Shown here: positions 50,455 through 64,000 of the stretch, piece after piece
Layout of the letters: each line of letters begins with the position of its first letter
Position numbering within the stretch: position 1 is the first letter of the stretch
From: Rhodosorus marinus CCMP1338
Lineage: Eukaryota > Plantae > Rhodophyta
Length of the DNA: 64,000 nucleotides
Assembly: GCA_029953675.1 (NCBI GenBank)
Contig: JAMWBK010000008.1
Coordinates: forward strand, 1,798,001 to 1,862,000
Reading direction: 5' to 3'
The notes under the pieces: generated by a model
Databases searched by the model: none
Told to the model about the DNA's origin: nothing
Seen by the model: the letters and a program-made list of their open reading frames with translations, nothing else
Translations under genes and position numbers: made by a program

Positions 50455-50689
50455 ATCTAGATTTCAATCCTTCCCTTCATATGACTTTTCCAACCTCAAC
50501 TCATACCCTTCCCTATCTCCTCACCCTCCCCAATCCTGCGTTCTCTCGCAATCTCATTCTTAAAGTCCTTATCCACACAATCCGAAGCGGTAGACAAGAC
50601 TTCATAACATGGCGAATATTAGCGCAGGGGGAACCATCTTGGGAAGCGATGCATGACGTTCCCCCGGTTGGAGAAAATTCCATATATTT

Positions 50690-51215
50690 TGCTGGCCACC
50701 TTGGCCAGAAGTAGAACCATTGTTCCTGTACAATAGCTGTTTTGTGACCATTGTTGTTCTCGTTTTTGACCTCGAGGCTAAAGCGGAAAATCTGTCCGAT
50801 GTTCTTCCACTTCAAAGATTTTTGGTTTGATTTTGCTGGCCTGATATGTGGGCCAAGATGTAGATCCAATGTTCGAAGCGGGTAGGAGCAAGATTCGAGC
50901 CCAATGTTCCACCAGTTCGGAGGTGTTTTTATCTGAATTTGTTGGCCAAGATGTTAGATGGCAGTGTTTCTTGAAAGTGGGCAGGAGCTAGATGCGAGGC
51001 CAATGTTCTCAACAGTCGGAAAAAAATTGATCTGGGTTGGAATTTTGTTGGCCACAGAATGAGAAACATTGGCCAGGTGTAGGTCTGAATATTCTTGGAG
51101 GAGGGGCAATATTCCACACGTGCTCGACGTTCCTCAGCTAACAGAAACTTCAAACAGAAAAAGAATCTTGTTGGCCAAGTGGAGAGGAACATTGGCCTGT
51201 TGTAGATCCAATATT
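50690..51215. repeat. Degenerate tandem array (GGCCAAGATGTAGATCCAATGTTC-like motif)
   Basis: Motif variants at about 50854, 50880, 50945, 50997, 51050, 51070, 51174 and 51195, with irregular spacing. Confidence 0.55.
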
Positions 51216-51934
51216 GTATGGTGGCACACGGGCATTGTCTGGTTTCAGGGTTTGCTGCTGAAGGGGATTCTCCTAATTGCCTATGCCCTTGCCCAAAGTG
51301 AGATCAGTAGTCCGCGGACTGGATGTGAGAGCATTCAAGTACTACGAAGCGTTTGTGAACTAATCGGTCAGGGTCAGATCCCGAAGATCCCCCTTCTGGC
51401 TAAGAGACAGCGCTCTTCTCAAATCGAGAAGAGCGCAATATCTAGTTCATCATGCGTTTATTCAGAGCCTAACTCCCTTCGGTAATGGACAGAACTTCAG
51501 GGCAAATTTCGGAGGAGTAGACATGATGATGTAGTTTCACTCACTAGGCTAATGCTATCTGGTCAAGTAAAGTAACCGGAACTTTTACTGGGCAGCTGCC
51601 TATAGCAGCAAAACATTTTTTTTATCTCATCCGCGGGAAAAGGGTCAGGTTAACCATATTACCACAGACATTCGCGGTCAGCAGCGCAATAATACAAGCG
51701 AGCCGCGATGTGCTGAATCCACGGTATTGTGTAGCACTCCAAGATGGCAGAACGATGTCGGGAGCGCTGGGGTAGGAGGCTATTCGATTGCGCCTTTGAG
51801 GACATTCTTGAATGCGGCCAGCGTAACCCTTTATTAGTATGTGCCAACGCGGCGGTTACGAACATGCTGTGACAGTGGTTCAATCCATTGAATTTTTAAG
51901 TGCGAAAACGAAGGCTATGGACTAATCCCGCACA

Positions 51935-52749
51935 CTACATGAGTGGTTTCATGTGGCCTAACTGCTCAAGCACGTTCTGTCCAGTCACCAGCTGCTGGGC
52001 GAAGAATCCAAACCAGCCCACCATAGCGGCACGGCAGTGCACGATCTCATTCTCCTCGTACTTCTTGAAGGTCTGATCGTCCTTGGCCAGCTTGAGAGGG
52101 TCGAATTCGTAATTTCCGGGCGGGCTTCCGTCATAGTTCCTCTTGAATGTCGCAAGCTCAACAGCGCAAATGAATGCGATAATCTGGAACCATCCCTCCA
52201 CTGGGATTTTGTAGATGGCAGCAATGGGGTTCGACTCGGAGAAGTACGGTCCTGGGAGATGAATAATCTCCTGCACCACAATACCCAGAACGGCAAGCAT
52301 ACAAATTCTTCCATGCTTCAGCTCCTAAGACCGCAGACACAAAAAATCCCCAAGAATCAATTGTGTTCAGAACTCCATGGTCAGACGCAGCACAGAATGA
52401 GTATTGAGCGAGACAAAGCAAAATCGAAAAATCAACTTACCGAGGCACGTGCATACTTCAGGTTAATGTTATCAGACAAATATAGAGGGTCGAACCCAAC
52501 ATCTCCAGGGAGCGTGCCGTCCAGATTCTTAGGGCACTCCAAAAACGGGATGGACTTGGACATGGTGGGTTCCATCATCATGGTTACCGAGCTCTTCGCC
52601 CTCCTCACTGACACAGCCCGTCCAGCTAACCTGCTGGTTCCAAGCGAAACTCCGGAAACGAACGCCATTTCTACACAGTCCTCAACAAACAAAACAAAAG
52701 AATTCTCTCTACTCCTTGGAAGTCCAATACAAAGATCCTCCCCCCCCAC
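51935..52749 (-). CDS. lhcR: Light-harvesting complex I antenna protein, red-algal LhcR type, 2 exons (intron 52325-52440)
   Basis: [29 protein letters not shown] and [15 protein letters not shown] transit peptide with no signal peptide. Confidence 0.95.
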
Positions 52750-53799
52750 CCCCTCGAAGCGTACCTGCTACACTGCCGACCCCCGCGCATCCCATCCCAT
52801 TGGCCTTCACCCCCAAAAGGCTATTTAGCCGCAAAAAGGCAATCCAGGCATTCAATAAGGAAATCTTCGTTTCCAACGAAATACTGAAGAGACTTCACAT
52901 CTCAGGGAACGCAACACCCCCTCGCCGCGCCATTGCGTCCCACTATGCTTGGCAAGCCCTTAGAATTTTGAACAGGATAAAACTGCTCAACTATCCTACC
53001 CATCAGAAAAAACCAAATGTCAACTTTTTTTATTATATATTACTTTCTAATTTGATTTGGAGGGGTAAGAAAATTGCATCTAACATTTTCTGGTTTGGTG
53101 CAGATGAGGGGTATTTTAGTTCGCTGTTAAATGTATGCGCCGATGAGAAGGGGGGTGAATATATGTGATCCGACGTAAATCGTTATTTGTTTCAATCGAT
53201 GAGGGATATCGAGTCACTCTGTTTTTTTCTTGTTTCGTAGGCTGCCCACCGAGTTGACGAAATGGTTTTTAAGGAAAAAAAAGGTCAGTTCCATTTCGGG
53301 GAAACTTCGGAGCTCAAAATCGCGATCCCGCAAATTGATCTCCCACTATCCTAATTATCTAATATTAAGTCTTGAAAAATAAATATATTTGTTTATTCTC
53401 CTCGTATTAAAACGGTTTAGATCGGATTTCTCATGATTTTACCATCTAGTCAGTTTTCCCCCAGGCAGAGGTGGGAACAGGGTTGGAAAGAGAGGGTATT
53501 GGACTGACTAAATTATTGTATTCACTAAACAAGGAGACTAATTGATTGAAAATCTTGGAACCCAGAGTCACAAGTCCATGTTACCTGAATATCGGACTAA
53601 ATCTGAAGAGTATATCCAGTTCTGGATACAAATACCCTCAAATCTGGTTGCTTGTTCGTAACTGTATGTTCTGCGTCTAAATTGAGTGTAATAAAATGAA
53701 TTTACAGTATGTTGGAGAAGTCTTTAGGGTGATTCTCAGGGGAAAATAATGTCAAGGCGAGTTTGGTGAAAAGCAGACCGATTTTCTTGATTTAAATAA

Positions 53800-54400
53800 T
53801 CAATACGGTGACTTTACCTTCATAAATATATCTGTTTTCATTATGGATAAGGTTCTAAACGATATATGGAGAGTATCTTCTGTAACGTATCTAATTTATA
53901 GGAACAAACAGCACATTCGAATATATCCACTTGACGCTGATACGGAGAAAGTTTTAATTGCAATGTCCTGTATAAGCTGTTGGCGGCATCAACTTCAATT
54001 CTGACTGAAATAATGACTGAACTTACGTGATCCTTGGTAGTGGCTGACGAAACTCCTCCTCAGAAGATCACTCGATATCCCTGGCCCAACCTGTTTGCTG
54101 TACGAGTTCCAATCTCTATAAGACACATTCGAGTTCTTGAAAATAGTTAATTGGTTCTGTTTGTCTCTCCTCGCATCCTTGGTCACTAGCCATTGTCGAC
54201 AGGCCCAGTCAACCCAGCTGACCATTTCCAGACACCCGCGCTCCTTTGGCTCGGGTGTTGGCAAGGAACTGTTCAGGTTCGTCCTGGCGTTCAGGAGAAA
54301 TGCCAATACAGAGAAGAATAGACAAATTTCCTGGAGCAACCACAAGGAGGTGAGAGAATCTTGAGATATTTTTGCTGTGGTTTAGGTCTCCCTTCCCTCA
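53800..54400 (-). CDS. Possible small spliced hypothetical gene
   Basis: ~125-codon open frame (to 53995) with a hydrophobic segment and a consensus GTAAGT donor at ~54027. No start or family recognised. Confidence 0.25.
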
Positions 54401-54633
54401 GGGTAGATAGGCGCTCTGAATAAATGTTTGTCTGTTTTGCTGTTGGCCGGGAAAGTTATCTCTTGCAGTGATTCCAGCGGTTCTCGTTGGAGGCTGCCCA
54501 AGTATGACGATAGAGAAACATATGCTATCTTTGAGGACAGTTGATGCGGTTCGCCGAAGTGGCACGACTACCTTTTGCATCGGCAGGAAATAATACTTTA
54601 TTAGGGAACCGTATCATCGGGCTCTTCTTAAGG

Positions 54634-57600
54634 TTAAACGTTTTCCTTTCCAACTCTTGGAATAGCGCGTGCTCTCCTCTTAGACGGCTGCTCCTGATTA
54701 GAATTCTCGATGGATTTCAGAGGCCGATTTACAGTGCGGATTACAGTGCTGACGCCATCTACAAACTTGGTTCTGAAGATGACGTTCGCGTTGTTGAACA
54801 TGCCTTCTTTCAAGGAAACCACAATAAACTGGGAATGTGAAAAGTGCGTCTTCAGGATATTCCCTATATTCTGTGTATGAGAGAGATCCAGCGCCGCGTC
54901 GACCTCATCAAGAATATACATTGGGGCAGGTTTGAACTGCAGCATTGCCAATACCAATGAAAGGGCGATCAGAGATCTCTGGCCGCCGCTCAACTCCGAT
55001 AGCGAGTCTTTCCAGACCGAACCGAATCCAACTCGGATCTCCAGTCCGTCCATCACCGTGCATCCTGTCGTCAATAGACGAAAATCTCTCTTCAACACCG
55101 AATTACACTCGCGCAGCTCTAGTTCCCAAGTATGGACGGCGCAGTAGCTCTCGCCAGGTGTACGCCTTACCTTCTTGTGGTTCTAGCTTTGCTGTTGCCC
55201 CTGGGAGCAGCGTTGAAAATATTGACGCAAAGTCCCGATTCACCTTTTTCCACGTCTCTTGTAGAGCTTCCTCTTTTTTTTCATCAAGCTCAGCAATAAC
55301 AGACTCCATCTTGCGCTTGTCAGTCTCGATAATTCGCCTCTTCGAGGTCAAGTCCTGTTGTAAAAGCGTGTGGGCGCAACCCATGACTCAGAATCGATCA
55401 GACCCGCACTCATCGAACACGCGGTCTTCTTTCCGTTTACCTGGTATTCTTGCTCAGCCTTTTCGAACATCGCCATGACCTTCTTGTTGATTCTCTTGTG
55501 CAGGTTCTGCTGCTCAGTGGCAATTGCTTGTTGTTGCTTTTTCGCTTCGCGCGGATCTGATATACTGAAGTCGTACTCACCTCCTTCTTCACCGAAGTGA
55601 TCCCGTTCATTTAGAATCCATGGGTGTGCCTTCTCAAGGCTCTCCAGCATTTGCTCTTGGTTCTTCTGTGAAGATCGCAAAGAAAATGAGGCGAAACATG
55701 ACATCGTAAGCAAGCAATCCAGTTTGAAGCTAAATCTTCTAACAACGGACCTGTTCGTGAAGAAGAGACTTCTGTTTGTGTTCCAGTCTCTTATGCTCCA
55801 ATCCAACTTCCTCAGCCTCTCTAGCCAGCTTAGCCTCAGTCGTTTTCAAGGCGCCAATAGTGGAATCGTTCTCCGCAAGCTTCTCCACTTCCTTATCAAG
55901 GACAAGTTTGAGGTGTTCGTACTCTCGTCGAACCTCGTTCAACTCTGCCTCTGCAGCCTCAACGTCGGTTTGGCTCTTGCTAACCAAGCACTCCTGTGCC
56001 ACAACTTGTTCCTCCAATCCGGATATTTCCTCCCGTAAAGTTTTTATTCTTACTTGTCTTCCTTCTGAAGCTCCCTTGCTCTCCCGTAGCTTCGAGGTGG
56101 CATTCTTCAGCCTGTCTTTTGTCTCCTGAAGGCTCTTCTCTGCGTCTTTCATGGCCTTGTTCCTAGCCTCCACAACATCGCCCATCGATTTCTCAAGTTC
56201 AGCAGCTCTGCCTTGAAAGTCAGCCTTTTGCTTCTTCGCGGTTTCTAGCGCCTGAGGAATCTCCTCCTTCACTTGCTTTTCGAGCTCAGATACTTCCTTC
56301 AAGAGTCGACCTAAACGAACAAGAAATCCCAGGGCCTGCTTAGGGCTTTGATTCTTCGCGAGCTTGACTGCGGAAAGGCCAACAAGACATACCAACACTA
56401 GAACTCCCAAGCTTCTTCTCGATGAGGGTGGCTTCATGACTCCTCAGCTCCAGCTCAGATCGAAGCTGCTCGTGCCTCTGTCTCTTCTTGTCGAGTTCCT
56501 TCATCTCCGAGTTCACCTTCACAAGAAGAATCCAACGAAGCAAGATTTAGAGCGACCTATGCAGCACAGCCCTGAAGAGGATTTGTCGTTTCAAGCCAAC
56601 CTTTCTAAGAGATTTCTGGAGATTGTTCAGCTGGCTGCGAAGGTTGTTAAGATCACTTAGTTGATCGAGCACGGATGGTCCCGAGCTTCTCAAGCTACCA
56701 CCGCCGGAAAGGGTGCCAGCTGGATCGAAGATGTCCCCATTTAGAGTTACGGTTCTACACCTGACTTTTGGATCGAACGTGACCCTCTTTGCGGTATCCA
56801 TATCTTCGCATACCATCGTACGTCCAAAGACATACTTTATTGCTGCCTCGACGTCATCATCGTGACCGACCTTGTGGTCAGGAAGAGGAAACCGGGTATA
56901 CCGGGAGCACAGATCAGTATGCGAAAATCTGAATCAATGAAATGTGCTGTCTTCAAAAGCTCTATTCATCTTACCAGCGACAAAGCGAGCTTCACGTTGG
57001 GGTCAACTCTTTGAGCTGACCTCATCTGTTCATCTGATGCAGTGGAGGCGTTTATCTTGTTCAGAGGAATGATCGTTACGCGTCTCTGCAGTTTCCCTTT
57101 CTCGAGGAGGGCTTTTCCTGTGCGATCCGAGTCAACAACAACCTAGACAGTCACAAAACAGAAATAGTAGAGTTTTGAGCACTTCCAATCCTAGCAGGAC
57201 ACCTGAAAAACACGTTTCTTTCTCGTTCAAGAGGCTGATCGATTACCTGATAAAGACGACCACCTGCCGCGATTTCTATCGCGGTGGAGTGGATTGGATT
57301 CCTCACTGTCAAGAGCGTAGCGACAGTTCCCTTGACGCTGTTCTTGTCAAAGTAAGAAGTTGGATTGGAGTACTTGAACTCGAACGACGAGAGTCTAGCT
57401 GAGAGTTCGTCGTATTCGTCCTGGACCTTCCGCAGGGAAGCAGCGTCAACTTCTTTCTGCGAATCAAGGCGCTCTGCAAGCTCGACGCTGTAGTCCAGTT
57501 CATGAAGCTTCAATTTGACCTGCTGAACTGCTTTCTCACTGCGGAATTGTTCCTGACGCATCTTGTCGACTGCAACTTGGTCCTTCTTCAGGCTCGCCGC

Positions 57601-59379
57601 TTTGGCCTTGTATTCGCCCTGGACGTGGGACGCGCGCATTTTCAAAGTCTCTATTTCTGTTTCGGCACTGAGGATACCCTTCTTCGCCGCTTGAATCTGA
57701 TCAACCACAGACGATCCCATTGCACCATCGGAGCTTCCATTACCACCTCCAGATCCTGTGATCGTGACGCCCAATTTGCAGATTTCGGTTAAAAAGATCG
57801 GTCCAGCAGAGCATCATCTCGCTCTTCCTTACCAGTGAGAAGCGCTCTCTGAGCGTTGGCTTCTTCCTTAGTCGACTTTTGCACGTCCAACTCAAGGCGA
57901 GAGATTTCACTCTGGATCTCTTTGTACTCCGATTCGTTCTTCTCCATTTCAAGCCGGTCCGCTGAAACCTGGGCCTTCAGCCCATTAAGATTTGATTTCT
58001 CAGCCTCCAGCGAGTCTCTTTGATTGTGAAATGCAGACGACTTTTTCACGAGAGTCTTGCTCATGTTTTCGACCTTTCGCACCAAGAGAGAAGAGAAGAA
58101 AATACCATCAGCAAACGGGTCGATCAAGGCACTCGCCCTTGTTTACAACAGTATGTCAGGCCGTCGCGAGTTGTGCGTGTTCGTTTTCCTCACCTCTTGA
58201 GAAAGCTTGCGATAGTTCTTCGACATCTGGGCTTCACGAATCCGTTGAGCATTTTCAAGCTCATCTGAAACTTGCTTCGCCTTGGATTCGATATCATCCT
58301 TACGATTGAGAGTCGATTCGACTGCCTCTAGCAAAGACTGGTGTTGTTCCTCATAGTCCGAAACCTGGTTAAAAAACAGTTCGAGGAGGTTAAGTTCTCT
58401 GCTTCATTCCCTTTCCAACGCCTGTGTTCGTTGGCTTTTTAAATTTACGGTTGGAAACGGATACTTCGATGCTTACCTTTGTATAGGCAGATGAATAGTC
58501 GTATGCAATGGTGAAGCGACTCAAACGTTCGATTTTGGTGTTGTTTGAGCACCACTTCATGTAAGAAGCCCGATCTTTTCTCAGACCATCAAGCATCGGC
58601 GTGATCTCGGATGCTAGAACTTGCTCGATTTCTTCGACTTTCCTCTGCTTTTTCTCAATTGTCTTCAAAGCGGTCTCCTTCTTGAGCTCGTACATTCGTG
58701 TACCTATTAATTTCGTTGGTAGGTCTCAGCGTGCAGCTGGTCGATCTCAGTGATCTCCGAGGTCGAATTACATACCTGCTGCCTCCTCGATCATGGCGAG
58801 TACCTCTGGAGGTTTCATGGAAATGACCTTTGTGATCCTCCCCTGCATAATGAGGAAGTGTGGGTTGTTGACGTTGAGCTGAACGGAATGGAAAAGGTTC
58901 TGTACTCGGCCAGGTTGAGCTACATGGCCGTTGATAAGATATTTGTTACGCCCTCCTATCACGATCTGCCTTGTTACGGTGACCTTGTCGCAGTCTTCAT
59001 AGCCAGCAGGCGAGTTACTCCGGTCATTGTTGTTGAAAATAATCGATACAGTAGCTTTCGATATACCGGCCTGACCGCCTTTGTAGACTAATTCCTGCAA
59101 GTTTCCAACTCGAACCTAGTATAGAGTGCGGATAGCGGAGAAGAGGTTAAAGCTCACATCTCTGCATCTTTCGTCAGATTGTTTTTAGTTGACTGAACTG
59201 GAGAGACGAACCTGTGATAAATTCGAAATCCCGAGGACGAAGCAGATGGAGTCGAGAATATTAGATTTTCCGGATCCGTTCAGTCCCGTGATCGCATTGA
59301 ATGACGGGTCAAAGCCAGATATCACAGTACGCGACGCGTACGACTTGAACCCATCGACAATGACCTCCTCGATATACAT
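54634..59379 (-). CDS. SMC2: Condensin ATPase subunit SMC2, multi-exon
   Basis: [40 protein letters not shown], hinge GTVATLL..AGGRLYQ and [16 protein letters not shown], and C-terminal [26 protein letters not shown]. Confidence 0.98.
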
Positions 59380-61429
59380 TTCTTCCCAAGAACAATCTAC
59401 TCAGCGCCAATTTTCGTTCATAGAAGCAAAACAGAATTCAAGGACTCGTCCAGTCTCGCATCTATCCACAACGTACGCTGCGGACGTAACAATGGCAACA
59501 ACAACCCTCCCGGCCAACGTCCTACGAGAGATGAATCACCGACTTAGGGCATGAAACCTCTAGCCTTCTCCCGTCCTTCCCCTCCCGAGACATCAAGTGC
59601 ATGACAATTCCATCAACAGGAAAAACTGCTGAGAAAGCTCCCACTAGTTGCTAGTTCATTTGCCGTTAATAGGAATACTAGGAGATCGAAAAATATTATC
59701 TAGACAATAGAAAGACTCCGGTAATTAATCGAAGTTTTATGATCAGTTTTAAACATTTGAAAATCTGTCCGTTTGTATGACACGTGGTTGTTTAGTGGTT
59801 GAACTACGTTGATTCTTAATTATGTACAAGGCATCTTTAATTTTGATATTAAAGGAACTGAGTAAAATTATTTCGTAAATATTTTCGAGTACTTGATCTT
59901 GATTTGGAAAATTATTCCAGTTTATGATCCCCGTGGCCGGGGTTGGTCTTGAAAGCGGAGTTCGTCTCTTGAGTAGAATCCGCCAGAATACAGTAGTATG
60001 CGGGTGGACAGTAACCCCTCTCTAGAGCCTAAAGCCAGAATGTTCTGTTCTTCTCTGAGCTGCGTGCGTTTGGTAATCAGTAGTTTTTCTGAATTCAAGG
60101 GCTGCTCGTAGCGTGAGCATGTCCCCAATCACACGGAGGATTGCATAGCATTCGTCGACCCCGTAGACAAGCGCAAAAACGTTGTTTGGCTTTGGTGACC
60201 CTTCCCATGGGGCTCAAGCGACCTTCTAATCTCACGTTCTTTATCGTATTCATGACCCAAAATCAGGAACAACACCACGGGGCCCGCAACTGAAAAGGAT
60301 TCCCAAAAGACAGGATTCTATCGTCGACCAAGAACTGGGACCAATGCTACTTCCAAATCCTTAAGCAGCAACCACGCCATCGTGAAACTGGCAAATCCAC
60401 GCAATCGTTCTCCTTCGCCTCGTCAAGCCGAAAACGCTGTAAATATCTCAACATCTCCCCGTACCGATCCCACCTAGAGGCCAGACCCTCGCTACCGGAC
60501 ACATCCATTGACGCCAGTTATGGAATCGTTCCAGCCCTTACGCACTGTGCTGGAACGCTATCGATATCATGGCGATTCCTCGTACCTGAACGGACTTGCG
60601 ACAGTGGCCTGAGAGGGAGAGTATGGCCGGTGAATCTTTTCATAGACCATGCTCTAACTCTCATGCCATCCAAGCCTCACCAAACTCCTCAACATCACCA
60701 ACGTTGGCTGGAGGCCAAGCTCATCAAAAATTCCCTTTGATAGAAACTTTTCCCGTTCAACAGAGAGTCCTGACAGATTTGTCAACTACCACGTCGGTAG
60801 ACATCACAACACTGTCACCTTGATATTCAGTCAATAAATTATAATCAATCTTTTATATTCGTATTTAATAAATTAATATATAATTCAATCTTTATTTGGA
60901 TTGAATAACTATTGGCAGGTAAATAGTTATTTGGGGATATGCTTCTTCTGGATGAGAGAAAGTAGAGGACGGTGGATTGAGCTTAGGGTTCGGGGAGGGT
61001 GCTGACTTGGACTTTGAGCTCGTAGAGTTACAATACTTTGAATAGGAACATGGCCAAGTGAAAGAATACTGCAAGGAGAGTAGCTTCAAACTTTTTTTTT
61101 GGAGGTGTTTAGGGGTTTGTTGGAGTTCCCGGTATGGATGGAAGCGTTCGAATTCAGGAACTTATTGGCGACCCAAGAGGATACGATGCTAGGATTCTGG
61201 GAAGAGCAAAGGTAGGAAGGTGCTTGAGGATTAGGTTTTTGAGTGGTTTGTTGTAGTAGTCCGTGGGTAGTTCTGATAAGCTTTGCAGCACTAACTTGTG
61301 GGTTCATTTTGCCCTTGCGACGATTTAGGTCAAGTGCAGATCAGGTAGGCGGTTTCTGGGACTTGCATCGACCAGTAGAAGCGCCTCAGAAGGACTGATG
61401 GGCTTATAGCTCTCCCAATTTTGTGCTGA

Positions 61430-63016
61430 ATGGGTGTTTCTGATTGGTTTTTAGATATTGCGCTTCAGGATTGGAATGTTCGCGGATATCTTGGAGACCA
61501 GACTTGTTTAGATGAACCGGAGGAACATGGAGGCATTGCTCGTGTCCACACTGATAACCTCAGCGTTGAGGAGTTCTTTCAAAAGTTCGAAGTCCCAGGC
61601 GTGCCCCTGTGTATCGACGGCATCGTCCAGCAATGGCCCGCATGGAAGAACTGGAGTTTAAAGAGTCTGCATAGACGGTATCGACACGTCAAGTTTCGTG
61701 TTGGTGACGATGATGACGGATACGCTGTTAGAATCAAAATGAAGTACTTCCTTCGATACATGATGTCACAAACCGATGATTCTCCCCTGTACATCTTCGA
61801 CTCAAGGTTCCCCAAGATCGATGGATCTCACGTTCTACTTGGGGATTACGAGGTGAGGTCGCGATTTTACAAAGACACGTTCTGAGAATAAGACGTCATT
61901 CCGCGGCCTGACGATGCCGCCTTCTTGTTTCCAGGTACCAAAGTACTTCCGGGAAGACCTATTCCACCTGCTGGGTGAACATCGTCGTCCTCCATATCGA
62001 TGGTTTCTGGTTGGTCCAAAACGATCAGGAAGCGGAGTTCATATCGATCCTCTCGGTACATCTGCTTGGAACGCTCTTATCTCTGGAAGAAAGCGATGGA
62101 TTCTTTTCCCGCCAAACATACCGAAAAAGGTACAGAAACCCTCAAGACAAGACTGAAGCCGTAAAACGAAAGCTGAACCCTTTTTCCCCCACTGATCGCC
62201 TCCAAGATCGTTAAGGCGAAAAGTCTCAAACGTATTGGAGAAGACGACGAACCTGTTGACTACTTCACAAACATTCTTCCCCGATTGAAGCAATCGGTAA
62301 GTATATCGGATTGCTTCACCCATTGAAACGATCGCCAGAAGCTGTTAAACAGATGGTCTAGTTTTTGGTGGATATGACAGATGGGAGATGCGTTGGACTA
62401 CATCGAGTTTGTTCAGTACCCTGGAGAGACGGTTTTCATCCCTGGAGGCTGGTGGCACGCTGTATTGAATCTTGATGACACGATCGCCGTTACACAGAAC
62501 TTTGTATCATCAAATAATTTTAGAAACTGCTGGTATCAGACACGGAAGGGACGTCGTGGTATGGCTAGAAAGTGGTATAGGGAGTTGAAGAGTAGCCATC
62601 CGCATCTAGCGACGGTAGCTGATGAGGTGAACCGTATGCATGGGTATAATATGGAGCGAGAGAGGGAGAGGCATCATGAAGACTATCGTCGGCAGGTTTT
62701 TGCCAGACGTGTCAAGGTCGGGGTTGAGAAATATCGACGCAAACTGAACGGCGTGGACCTTGATAAGAGCAGCTCGTCGTCTGGAGATGGAACTGACTCC
62801 GACTGGACCAGCTTGAGCGAGAACTTTGACGGTCTCGATAGCGACGAAGAGAACCAAGTAGGAATGACAATACGTCAGCTTCTTGTGCATCCTCCCCAGC
62901 AGCAGCTGGATCAGTATACTCCTTCCCAGAACGGGACAGCTGGTTATCACGCCCGCGACGAGTCTTGCAGAACCGAGCATCTACCAACGGCGCCTAGAGT
63001 CTCGGAACTTGGCTGA
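61430..63016 (+). CDS. JMJD6: JmjC-domain hydroxylase/demethylase JMJD6 (PSR), 4 exons
   Basis: [39 protein letters not shown] and [30 protein letters not shown] (HxD...H), with a Ser-rich tail. Confidence 0.95.
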
Positions 63017-63757
63017 GTCAACGAGAAAGCAACTATAACTAAACAACAACAACAACACGATGACTACCAAGCAACCAATGTATTCCGGCTGACATATTCT
63101 GACTCGCTCAGAAAGAACCAAGACGATGGCCGTTCTAAAAGCTGCGAGAAGTGGATTTGTCTCCAGTACTGTAGTTGGGAACGTCCCTTTCACATGCTTC
63201 CGGGGCAATCTCTGGCCTTGGGACATCCATTGTATGTCTCCACCATCACGAGTTGGGCTCCATGGTTGAGCACCAAGTAGCGCATGAGCAAAGTTTGGGA
63301 TTTGCTAACAGTACAGAAGCCTACTGTTAGATTATACATCCACGCGACTCCTCTCCAACTCTTAAAGACTTCTCCAGAGGTTTTTCAGGTAGCCATTTGG
63401 CTGCCGAAGAGGATTTCGCGGATTTAGCTGTTTGGTTGAATGAAACAAAAGCTGCCCGTCTTCCAGAAGCGTTCATGTTGGTTTCGAGCTTTGTTAGTTC
63501 TGATCAGTAGGAGGCTTCGAGGTGGCGTTTTACCAGGAGGAGAGCAAATCCTGATATAGTCCTCTCTCAATTTCCATTATCACCTGAGTTTCGTTAGTTT
63601 TTTTGCAGATTGTTCCGTGTGGTTTTACCTCTGTCACAGCTCACGCTAAAGCGATGTGGTCTGTGCCCATCTTCATCATTTAGAAGACGTACGGACTTGT
63701 TTAGGAGGGGGGGGGGAAAGAGTTGGGAGGAGGGTTTCATGTGAAGTCAAAGCAAAT

Positions 63758-64000
63758 ATGGGAGATATACTCTTTGCGTCTTCTCCGAAAGTTTGGACGA
63801 GGAGAACAAGCCTTCCAATAACGTGCAAGAGGACGAGGACTGGATTTCATGCCAAAGGAATCGCTAGAGCGAGGGAGGTGAGGATCAGAGTGAAGCTTCT
63901 GGTTGTGCTTTCTGCGCTGAAGATTGGTTTCGTACTTGTGTTGCTTAGGATTGTGATGAATGTGAAGGTCAGGAGGAAGCAGGACGTGATGAAGGTGAGA
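63758..64000 (+). CDS. 5' end of a spliced gene with a transit-peptide-like N-terminus (runs off window)
   Basis: MGDILFASSPKVWTRRTSLPITCKRTRTGFHAKGIARARE, a phase-0 GT-AG intron (~63879-63948), a short acidic exon and a new GTGAGA donor at the window end. Confidence 0.45.
   Translation, partial: MGDILFASSPKVWTRRTSLPITCKRTRTGFHAKGIARAREVRIRVKLLVVLSALKIGFVLVLLRIVMNVKVRRKQDVMKVR

Noticed and set aside
53995-54345. ISSDLLRRSFVSHY resembling a tyrosine-recombinase box
   Set aside because: The HxxR His and downstream catalytic Tyr context are missing, and a consensus splice donor follows immediately.
59400-61400. Short ORFs between SMC2 and JMJD6
   Set aside because: No motifs or splice-consistent model. 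Treated as intergenic or promoter DNA.

Overview
Eukaryotic nuclear DNA, most likely from a red alga (inference). It has an LhcR-type antenna gene, four plastid-type transit peptides starting MAF, and many short GT-AG introns of about 45-300 bp. About 15 spliced genes are supportable: a winged-helix/TPR protein, a PP4R4-like HEAT protein, a MAP2K, DUF4079, USP39, a bZIP, a MATE transporter, a bHLH-ZIP, TIC236/TamB, PRPP synthetase, an SPP-type protease, LHC, SMC2, JMJD6 and a gene that runs off the right end. The accessory DNA is the most unusual part. A 4.0-kb chromovirus-type LTR element (32853-36844, two 313-bp LTRs, 5-bp TSD CTGTG, non-canonical TG..AA ends) lacks RT and protease but carries a ~1.1-kb-arm internal palindrome of integrase/PBS/gag sequence. 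A perfect 34-bp hairpin sits beside it. There is also a probable non-LTR retrotransposon relic and several degenerate tandem arrays lying just 5' of minus-strand genes. No tRNA, rRNA or CRISPR array was recognised. All alignments were done by eye, exon boundaries are approximate unless stated, and some degenerate regions could be assembly or polishing noise.
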